A stretch of DNA of 54,687 bases, counting the filler, from Sphacelaria rigidula (taxonomy: Eukaryota): the NCBI GenBank assembly GCA_964200075.2. It is 2 parts of 2 records of this genome, joined end to end, with 100 filler letters (N's around TTAATTAATTAA, not from the genome) between each part and the next. Parts side by side here need not be neighbours in the genome. Positions count along the whole stretch, not along the records: positions 1 to 27,297 come from CAXNAA020000119.1; 1 more part is not named here. One strand, given 5' to 3'. Positions 11,001 to 21,600 of the stretch are shown here, piece by piece (position 1 is the first letter of the stretch; each line of letters opens with the position of its first letter). The notes under the pieces are model-generated. The model was not told the DNA's origin and ran no database searches. It worked only from the letters and a program-made list of their open reading frames with translations. The position numbers were made by a program, and so were the translations under genes.

Positions 11001-14000
11001 AATCTAGTGGACGCCTCGTTACAAAGTATGCTTCACGCTCGTGAGTTCGAAATATTATATATATATATACTATATGGGTATCTGAGGGTTCGTCTGGGGC
11101 AGGTGCAGGGGCGCTTAGTGAAGCTGGTGGTTCAGCGTCCTGGTTTTGCGGACCCCTTGGGAGCGACTGCGCAAACTTATCGGCGTCGTCTGACATGTTT
11201 TTAGTGTGGCCGAAGCGATAAATGTCATTCGCCAAAACCCAAGTAGAGTATTTCGCGCGCTAAGTGCGCAACTGCGACTGCTGGGACGACGAGACATAAG
11301 CTACGACGCAAGACGGAGTGAAGAGCGAAAAAGTGTCTGCTGCCTTCTTTGCCTTTGCTTTTGTTTCCCCGGCCTATTCATTTACCCCTTCAACCATGAT
11401 TTCCATCGTTGTTCCTCATATATTGCAAGCCGCTGCGTCGGTTTTCATCCGCGCTTGCGATACGCTGGAATGGCAGTGACAGCCACATTGGGGTTCTGAT
11501 TTAAGAATGCAGTCCACTTTTTCTCGATGTGAATGCTGGATTTATGTCGTTAACTTCCGATGATGTAAGGCGCATTTTATCCTACGAGCCCGGATAAGCC
11601 GCAAAAGTCGGTCCGTTCGAGTCTGTTCGTGATTTTGGTCGGTGACACTTTTGTTTGCCCATTTTGGGGGGTCAGGCGCACCCATAATGGTACGTCGTCA
11701 GTCCGGTGTCTTTCCTACCCTGAATAATCTTACCTAGTGTGTGCGCATCATCTACGCAACTACGGTTTGGTCTAAAAGTTGCTTGCTCCTCTCACTGATT
11801 TTTTCTTCCTTTTCCAGCGTCGTGCCTACTCTATTGTTCAAAAACTTACAAAATCTTTTCCCTCCCGTGCTCAGTAGTGTCCTCCCTCTATACTTTCCTG
11901 GGTCAGCCTTGTCTCTTTCTTTCAAAAAGTTGACTGCTACTCATTCTCTCCACCTCTTGAGTTTGTACTCGTTTTACCAGATGCAGTTATACAACATAAT
12001 CATCATGGTCATCATCCCCTCTCCCAGGTACTTGAGAAATTTGTTCATTATTCCGCCTGCTCCTCCTGACTTCCTGTTGAGCTAATCTACACACTCCTTT
12101 ACTCAATCTCTGGTAGACCCTCTCTGCAATTCTATTGAGCTACTATCCTCCCGTTTTCTTATAACTTTACTCGCTGTGTTCTTCACCAACTGCTCCCACC
12201 TTTCTGTAATCTTCGCTCGTGCCCGATCCCTTTCCATCTCGGTATCAACTGTAACTACCCGTTCCAACAGCTCGGAAACTTTCACTGCATTTTTGGGCAC
12301 ATCTTCTTGGAACCTTTGCTGTTTTTCTCCCATTTCTAGTTTATCGATCCTCCATTTGCACAACTTCCTAAGCCACCTGTACCTTTTAGCTCTCGTCTGT
12401 TGGCTTTCTGTCCATATGAGGCAATGATCTGTGGTTCCCACATCCCCCGCGCAGACATGCATTTCCATTTCCCCACTATTTCCATGCTTTACCACTATAT
12501 AGTCAAGAACGGAGCTTCATCTCTCGTCTTCACATTTTCTAGTCCACGTCCATTGTGCCTCTGGCTCTTGTGCTCTATAGTTCAGCGTCTCCATCTCGTT
12601 ATGCTCAAGGAACACCAGCAGTTCTACCCCATTCGTATTTTTCTTATCTTCCCCGTATCGCCCAATGATACCTTCCAGTTGACCTGCTTTTCCTATCCTT
12701 ACATTAAAATCTCCCACCAACGTTACTTCTCCTTGCCCTTGATACTTACGTATATCTGCTGCCATCTCTCCAAACCTCCGGTGTATATCGTTCACCCTAC
12801 TCTTCGATTCTGGGGGCATATAGATGTTCCCTACGAAGAAATCTTTCGTTCCCCACTCGCCTGTTACCCCTATCCATATGCTCTCGTCGAATTCCGTGTC
12901 CTCGACCACCTCTATAATGTCACACAGGTATCCCTTGACTAAAGCCCTTACTTCCCCCGCTCCCCTCTGTTTGTTCCTCCGTCCCTTCCGCTTTTCCCCC
13001 ATCCATGCGTACTCTTCAACTGTGCATCCTATTTCCACCCCCCTCTCCCTCCTTGACTCTTGGGTTCCTACCAAATCTAGGTCGCGTGTTCTTACTTGTT
13101 GCGCTATCTCTTTTTCTTTGCGCTTGTCTGTGGCGAATCCACACATGTTCCACGACCCTATTCTTAACTTCCTTTCCGGATAATTATCTGCTCTCCTGGT
13201 GTCTGCTGGTCTCTCTCCGTCGCTTTTACTTCTACTTTCCCGTGCTCGATTTTTCTTCCCGTTTCAGGGTTGGTCTTTGTCTATTTGCTTCGGGCCGCGA
13301 TTTCCCTTCCTCTTCCCCTTCCGGGAACTTTCCTGTTCCTGCCTCTCTTTGCCTCCGTTGGACTGCGTCTTGGGTTCGTTGTTTCATTAGCTATGCATAC
13401 CTTCCATCCTTCCCTTTTCACCCATGCTGACACCTTACTCGTCTCTATCCTTTCCCACTCCTTGCTTGCGCTCTGTTTTAGAGTGACTCGAAAGTGTTCT
13501 CCCCCCCTTTCTACTTCTCCTCTTGCCAAACAGTATAGTCCAACTCCATCGTCATTGTTCTTTTCTTCACATTAAAAACCGTTCTGATATCTGTGCAGTA
13601 CTCTGTACTTGTCATCTGATGCGGGCGCCTTCCGTGGTCACAGGCTAACTACCTTGAGCTAGGGAATTTTTTTTTAATTAAATCGGACCCAGAAACAAGT
13701 CACACAGACGCAATACAAATGAAATGAAACAGATATAATAAAATTATGAAAAATAAGAGGAAGAGGAAGGAAAAAGGATTACTTCTAGCCCTCCAAGTTC
13801 CGATGCCGTATGCGACTATTCGGGCTACTGGACGCAAGGCCCATGGGTCCACTCAACAAACGAGGCCAAACAGGAAGGGAGCCAACTCGAGAGCCACGAT
13901 CACCAGCTAAAGTAATGAGGGTCGCAGGGTTCTACCCTTGTACCGCTAGAGGGACAGCTATGCGTACGAATATACTAGGCATGACTGGAAAAGACCCACA

Positions 14001-17000
14001 AAACAATACACACCACCTCGGGGGGAGGGGTACATGGGAGTCAGCAGTTGATAGAACAAAAAAATGGAAGGGGAGATGATGGGGGGTCCCGCCACTTCCG
14101 CCATCTGTAGTTCGGTACAAGCTGGCTTCGCATTATTCCATCTTCTCCCTCCTCTCCTCAATGCTCCCGTTAATTCGCACGTAGTCAGCTGGCCTCTTCC
14201 TCGATCTTGTGCAAGGAGATCATGACCCCCTCCGCTCCCTGCAGCACCTCCGCGTGCCATGGTATCCCCCCTTCCCTCTTCTCTTCTGACGGCCAGAGGG
14301 GACTTTCAACTTCGATCGTCCGTCGGTTGTCGTCCGTAGAGCCGTTCGTGGCTCCGAAAGCTGGAAATCATTCCGCAGGCACTTCAGCCAGTGTTGCTCT
14401 AGTCACTCTGGTCCTGGATCCTCCCCTCCCCCCCCCCCCCACGAGTGTTCCGGATGCCAGTCGCTTCGGTACTCGTCCATCCGGTTGTCTAGCCAGGGCT
14501 CCCGCGAAGGCTCCAGCACTATGGCATCCGGCCTTCTTGAGGGCCTGGGTCTATGAAAAGTGTCGATATGTGCCACGCACGCGGCGGTACCCGATAACCA
14601 CGCAGAAGGAGCCGGTAGCGTACCGTCCTCAGCAACCGGTAGTGCTCGCTGCGCGGGGCCCACGTCATGCATCCGTACAGTAGGACCTCCATCGCCTCTA
14701 CCTTCAGCAGTCGGACTTGAGTCTCCACGGTGCTTTCGGTCGGTCAATGGGCTTTCGGGGAAACTTTCTAATGCATGCCCACGCTGCTCTGCTCCGGTTG
14801 TTGATCTCTTGTGTGAGCTCGCCATCTTCGGTAACGAGACCAACCAGGTATCGGGACTTCGTGGTTTGTGCGTACTTCTGGCCCGTTGCTTCGATTACCA
14901 GTGGTGGTGGGGGTGGTGTTGCTGGCTCTTCTGTGGCGGGTTTTTCGATGCTCGCATCAGTAGAGTCTCTGTCTTCTTCTCCGACACCGCCAGTCCAAAG
15001 GCCTCATACACACGTACTATAACGGTCATCATCGTCGCCAGGCCGTCAGGGGACCTCGAGACGACGGCTGCGTCATCGGCATGTAGCATTCCCCACACCG
15101 CTCTCCGTATGCATTCCAGAGGTGTCTCCCGTCTCCCTCAGCGTCTGCTCGTCGAGGTATACCATGTCCTTGATGATGGTGTCATCCTCGCTGAATCGCA
15201 CAAGAACCATCTCGAGCCCCGCAGCGAAAACCATTTTGAACAGCAGCGGAGATAGCACACACCCTTGCCGGAGTCCCTGGGTTACCTCGGACCACTCCGA
15301 GAGCTCACCGTCGTTTATGCATACGTGGGTCTGCATGCCATCGTGGAATTGGCGGATAACTGCCATTATCCATCCAGAATATCAGCTCGGGTAAGCACCT
15401 GCCATGGCAGCTCTCGGTCGACCGAATCACAGGCGTTTTGGAGGTCGACGATACGCATGTATAGTGGTATTCTACATCGTCGTTCCAGCTTCTGAAGTCG
15501 GCGCACTACGAACAACATGTCGACAGTATATCGATCAGGTCGGAAACCGCACTGTTCCTCCGGCAGTATCCCGTGTGCTTCGCACTAGTCGCTGAATTGG
15601 TTGGCCACTATTTTCAAAACCATTTTCCCTGTGTGCGTCACCAGTGGGATTCCCCGGTAGTTGTTACAGCTGGAGTGGTCCGATTTCTTGTAGAGCACTT
15701 TCATCGCAGCGTATTTCCACTCATGCAGGACCTCACCTCCGTTCCACACCTTGACGAGGATGTCATGGAAGCGTTCGAGAACGACGGGCATGGCTCGACC
15801 ATCGATCTTGAGCAGTTCTATAGGGAGGGAGTCATGTCCCGGCGCTGTCCAGTTCTGCGTCCTCCGGACTGCCCGTATGATCTCCAGCGTTGGTGCTGGT
15901 CCAAGCGGTACCGAATCTCCGGTGGGTGATGCTGTCGCGTGCTGCTTCGCCTCCTCGATGATGGCTGGGTTCAGCGTGGTCGATTTGTTGTTGAGCAGGG
16001 TTCGGAAAAACCTCGCCCATTGCTTCAGGATCTCGACGTTGCTCCTCAGTAGAGCCCCGTTCTCGGGCACACTTTATTGCTCTGTCGACTCGTGCACCGT
16101 ACCGAGTGTCTTGTCGGCCAGGTAAGCTGGGAGAGACAGCTGGTAGGTTCCCAGCTCAGTCAGCTGTTGCACGTGAAGCGCCAGCAATTCTCGTGGTATG
16201 TCCTGCGGGTCGTGGGTAGTCCGCATTCCAAGGACGTTGAACATTCAACATCCTTAGAATGCGGACTACCCACGACCCGCAGGACATACCACGAGACGCG
16301 CTGGCGCTTCATGTTCAACGTCCTTGGAATGCGGACTACCCACGACCCGCAGGACATACCACAAGAACTGCTGGCGCTTCACGTGCAACAGCTGACTGAG
16401 CTTGGAACCTACCAGCTGTCTCTCCCAGCTTACCTGGCCGACAAGACACTCGGTACGGTGCACGAGTCGACAGAGAAATAAAGTGTGCATGATTTGCTGC
16501 CCCCCTGACTGCCTTCTGTCAAGACCCACAGATCTCTTGAGGTGTTTGCAGAGGCCTCGCATGTCGCGGTCCTTGAAGATCGCTTCTAGCCTCGCCACAT
16601 ACCTCTCCACGCGTGCATGGACACCGTCGTCTATCGCAGTACGTACTCCCTTACACGCGGCTCTGAGTGATTTCCACGTTGCTGGGGTCCGGTTGTCCTT
16701 CACCAGGCGTCGTTACTCCATTGCATTTCCTTTTAAGCTCCATTCTAGTCATATCACTACGGAATCTGAATACCAGCTCTACTAATGCTTTACCCGTCCA
16801 CTCTTTACTTTACTTCTCCATCCGCCCTTCCTTACCATCTGTCTCTCGATCTCTTTCGAGAATTTCTCCAGCTTGTTCGTTTCGAGTGTATTGGCGGGAT
16901 ATAGTCAACGTACTGGGACATCCCAATCCTAGTACTTGTTGGGGGTCTGGTGACTTTCAGTTTTTTTGCTGGCTTACCGACACTGAATAATGCCTCCAAC

Positions 17001-18644
17001 ACGGGCTCGTAACCTGCAGCCAAGTTCAACACCTTGGACACAAGTACCCCACGTTTATGCCAGGCGATCTTCATGGTAAACCGTCCAGACGTCCCACGAT
17101 CGTATCTTCTATCTTCTTGCCCCGCTACCGCACTGGTTACTTTCCTCCGGTGAGCTTATTTTCACCGTGTGAGGTTCAAGGACGGCTTGCATAACACAAG
17201 GTCTTACACACATCGGGATGTCCCGTAGATAATTTTTCCCCACTCCGCGTACGGTCCACCGTGGTTCGCTACTCCACTAATGCTTCCGACGAGACCTTCG
17301 CTGCCGAAAGTTTGGCAAACGATTCCGCCACACTATGTACCAGCTTCTACCCTTCAAGACCTCAACAAGTCTACGTACCGCTTGGTGCTCCTTCTCGTAG
17401 GTCATGTGGACGGTCATTGGTGAGCTGTCCGTTTCATGAGTGCAGTAGGTCTTGTCGTTCACGTCATGCATTATCCACCCCTTCTCTTCATTAGGCGCCT
17501 TTTGCACCCAATATCGGAATTTGTTTTCAGGAAAATGGCTGACTAGATGTCCACCGCCCTCTGGAAATCGGTAAGGTTTTCTGCGTACTTAACCACGATA
17601 CCCCAACCTCCATGTGAAATTTAAATGGAGGGGGTGATGATCCTACCCTATCCGTACTTGTCATGTATTTCGTATTCTCGATTTGCATGTGAGCTGGTCA
17701 ACCTTCACGCTATTTCTTACACGTCTAGGTTTTGGTTTTATTTTTGTCTTGCCTTTGTTATAATATGAGGGGAAGAATCTCGGTGATTTCCCGTCTTCAT
17801 ATGGGGAAGTAGATATGTTTTTTTCGCCATTCCACGTCCATACCTGTGCTGTGTTATGATAGGTTTAAGAAAAGGATGGTTAGCTGACACATTCATGTCC
17901 ATGTCCGGGCTGTGTTATGGTAGGTTTAAGAAAAAGGATGGTTAGCTTCTTAAGTTCATGTCTACATCCGGGCTGTGTTAGGGTGGGTTAAGAAGAAAGC
18001 AGGCTCAGCTTCTTTATTTCATGTCTATGTCCGGGCTGTGTTGATGGTAGATTGAGGAAAAATCAGGGTTAGCTTCTTTATTTCATGTTTATGTCCGGGC
18101 TGTGCTACGGTAGGTTAAGAAAAAATCAGGCTCAGCTTCTTTATTTCATGTCCATGTCCGGACTGTGTTAATGGTAGATTGAGTAAAAAGCAGGGTTAGC
18201 TTCTTTATTTCATGTTCATGTCCGGGCTGCGTTATGGGAGGTTTCGTAAAAAGGAGGGTTAGCTTCTCTATGTCTGGGACGTATTATAGCAGTGAAAAAA
18301 AAACAAAAAAAAGAGAGCAAAAACAGAAGAGAAAAAGGAAAACGAAGTAGAAAAAGAGGGAAAGGAAGGAAAACAATAAAGAGAATAAGAAAAATGAAGA
18401 AATAAAGAAAAAAAGGGCCAGCTTTGTCGGATAATGTCTATACCCATTTTGTGTGTTTTGGGGGGGAAACAGAACTGGCTATTTAGGTTTTTGGATGTCT
18501 CATTGTGTTTGTCGGTCCGAGCCTTTTTTTTGTCCAGTGGCGGTTGATGGTATGGGTGCGGTGACAGTCTGTACATTTTATGTCTACATTCTGGTGGCTT
18601 GTCTTCCAGCGCAATTGCCACTCGACGCCAACCCAAGAGTCCAG

Positions 18645-18680
<36 letters not shown>

Positions 18681-21600
18681 GGGGGGGGGGGGGGTTATGT
18701 TGTGCGACGCTGCTTTGGTGTCCGCAGCAACTTTGTATCGCTAGTTTACGCCACTTTGGCATATCGAGCGCCTGCCTGTTTCCCTCGACTATCGTCGCAT
18801 ACTTTTTTATAAGCGCCGAACATCGTCGCTTACCCCCCACTGCTGACTGTTGAACGGGGATGGATAGGTGGGCGGCTCGGCCAGCCGGGGGACATTACCG
18901 TGATGCCAGCCTCAACCTTAGCGAAACGAAGCATCTGTAAGTAAGCACCAGAGGAAATTAATGTCCCCAACATACTCTCACACATGCAATGGAACATCGC
19001 CTTCTCCGCATGATCCCGGGAATGTTCTCATGGAACGGATGACCCGTCAACTGGGGTCATCGTCCAATCCGTCGTCGAAGTATCGTGATGCTTCGACGAG
19101 GAGCGCATTTCACAGAGCCGCACCCCTCCTCATTCTGGACGATGCCTGCCTGCCCTGACCTCCCCACTCAAGAGCGATAACTCCCGTCCTTGTGACGCAC
19201 GAACGTGATTCATGCAAATGATACCCTCACGTTCGAGGGGTGTTAACTGAGTTTGGCGTGGTTGTCAAGTCATTAACCTGGAGTTAATCACAACACGTTT
19301 CCAATTTCCGGCTATACCCACATCTTCGCACCGGATCAACTCAAAACGCTATCCCGCACTTCTTCACAGATAACTATATTTTTAAGACGTGTTATCAAAT
19401 GCAGTGAGCAACTGCACTCCCCTGTCCGCCATCCCTCACACGAAAGCATCCCCAGTAGAAAAAAAAAAAAAATGACTTCAACCCTTTGGTGGCCACAGAC
19501 GTTCGCACAAACAAGTGTAGACTCGTCGTAGAATTACTACATAACTTACCACTGTCGCAGGGGTTAAGCGTTTACAAGCGATTGGTTATTTTGGCAGATT
19601 TGGAGTCGCGATGCATTCTAACTGTCTGGGCTACTGTTTTGCTGACCTGGATCATCATGTCCAGGAACTCCGAGGTCGAGTCATATGTGGGAAGCGTTCT
19701 CTCGTTATCCATGGCCTCCCTGTACCGTCGTTTCTGCTCTTGCTGAAAGATCACCATTTGGGCCACACGACGAGTAAAAAATGGACGGGCGAGAGACAAG
19801 AGACAGAGAGGATGTGAGGCCAAGAGATGAGTATCCATCCCATTCGAGTAGATTGTGTTCCCGTCAGTCACTATATCGAGGTCGAGCCTTCGTTTCTGAG
19901 CACACTGCAACCAACTATCCCAACCGTTGCTCGAAATTTAACGCGTAGGCGGAATAGTTGCTTCTGCATCCGTATCACCAGGCGACGCGAATAAAGGTGG
20001 GCGACGGGGAAGTTTCTGCGTCGTGTGTTGGAATCAATCTTCGTGACCCGCGGTTCGCTCCAGCAAAATTCCAGCTTGCGTCCAGAGGAGACGTGTCAGA
20101 CCCGTTGTTGGGCCAGCTGTCTTTCGCGCTATTCGTGCGGTTCGACGTCGCTCCTCAGTGTGCATTTGCGAAATTGGACATATCACGCTGCCCAGACCGC
20201 CCCCTCCCCATGGCCCCCTCCGCTGAATCCTCCCTATCGTCTATTCATGAAGCGAAACACAAGGGTACGGTGTGTGTCGCGGCTGCTCGGTCCTGGTGCC
20301 GTTCATCTCCGCAAATCATATGAAGGCGGAACAAGCACTAGTGTCTCCTTTCTTGAAAAGTACCCAACGTTGTTTGGTACACGCCACCCCCCCCTTAAAC
20401 GGTCAAACGACTAAGGCAAGCAACAAATGAGTACGCCCCCCCCCCCTCCCTCCCCCCCTTTCTATTGCTGGCTTTGCCATATAGAGAGTAGAAGAACAGG
20501 CTGCACGAATGTGCGAAAAGAATTGGCGTTAGCAGCACAACTTGAGCATACACGCACCATTACACTTTCCCCCCAAACACACAGACCAACTTCTACGCAT
20601 ATATACCACCTCCCATCCCTGCCCCTTCTCCGATAATAAGCCGTTTTCAAGTCACCTAGACAGCAACGGAATCGAAAGCTGTTGAACCCTGAGGGTATAC
20701 CGCAATTCATGTGTAAAATCTTGTCATGCGAAAATCCATGCACAGACTACACACTACACACTTCTTTCGGTGTGGATACAGCATTATGTACTATCCCTCC
20801 CTTATGACTATGGCATGCATGATCATGAGTACACCCCTCCCTCCCCCCGCTGCTCAAACTCTCCACCCACTGTTGCTCTCACCGATACTTTCTCCAAAGC
20901 ACGGCAGGCCACCTCTTGACAGTGCGCGTGCCTCTGCCCACATCGACGATGGGACGACTTGGGGATGTCCAATGGGTGGAGGACGCCGAATACTCGAGAA
21001 TAAGATAACGAGTCGTGATCGAGGTAACCACCGCCGCCGTCGCCACTACAAGCCGAGTTGGCCGATGCCGTGCGGTGAATACATCTGCGGAAGTAGACCT
21101 GAATCGTGGGTGCAACCACCTCCTGTACGTCCGTATACACCAAGGGAAGAACGCGAAGCAAGGGATGAAGCGTGCTAGGCTATTTGTTCCTGCTTTGTTT
21201 CTCGTCCTCGTCTAGTTTACTGCGTTGGTTCTATTTTCGTCTTCCCCCGCTCTCGGAATTTCTATATCGAGTGTCACCGTTTTGCCCACCTTAGGGTCGT
21301 CCATATTATGGATGATGACAATAAATGGATGATGACTCCTGGGTTACCAGTTAATGTGCGACAATCAATGAATCAATGAATTGGCCATATTAAAAGAAGA
21401 TAAATAGTCAAGAACGGAGTATGTTAACCCTTAGACAGCAAGCGTCTCCTCAGAACAGTTTCACTCGCTGACAGTCCAGGGACATCCAGGGGTTTCCAGG
21501 GAGCTCGCGGGAGGTGGTTTTTGACAGGGGAGTGGGAGCATGTTTGCAGGACAGCCGAAAAGTTCACCAAGTCAACCATGTGTGTTTGGAAGTTGTCCAC

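Larger units (their letters stand above)
6680..13575 (-). mobile_element. Degenerate non-LTR retrotransposon (LINE, RTEX-like: APE endonuclease, RT, C-terminal CCHC), split by insertions into about 13575-11685, 8836-8525, 8204-8124 and 7920-6680
   Basis: Endonuclease motifs DLVGTQE, NIYMPP, LVGDFN and TDH; RT motifs DKADPGKYRG, QGCTPSPALFKVFINDL and MFAD; C-terminal CPCG...HIVAEC. Many stops and frameshifts. Confidence 0.88.

Noticed and set aside
14560..15255. 231-aa plus-strand ORF and similar ORFs at 12400-12942 and 7025-7501
   Set aside because: Antisense shadows of LINE coding sequence.
16380..16430. Hammerhead ribozyme in the foldback (ctgactga)
   Set aside because: No correctly placed GAAA and stem III on either strand.
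17831..18268. CRISPR-like array
   Set aside because: Units are similar along their whole length with no unique spacers, there are no cas genes, and the context is eukaryotic.
19478..21440. piggyBac-like ends (gggTTAA at about 19567, TTAAccc at about 21424)
   Set aside because: They face outward, and I found no convincing partner ends.
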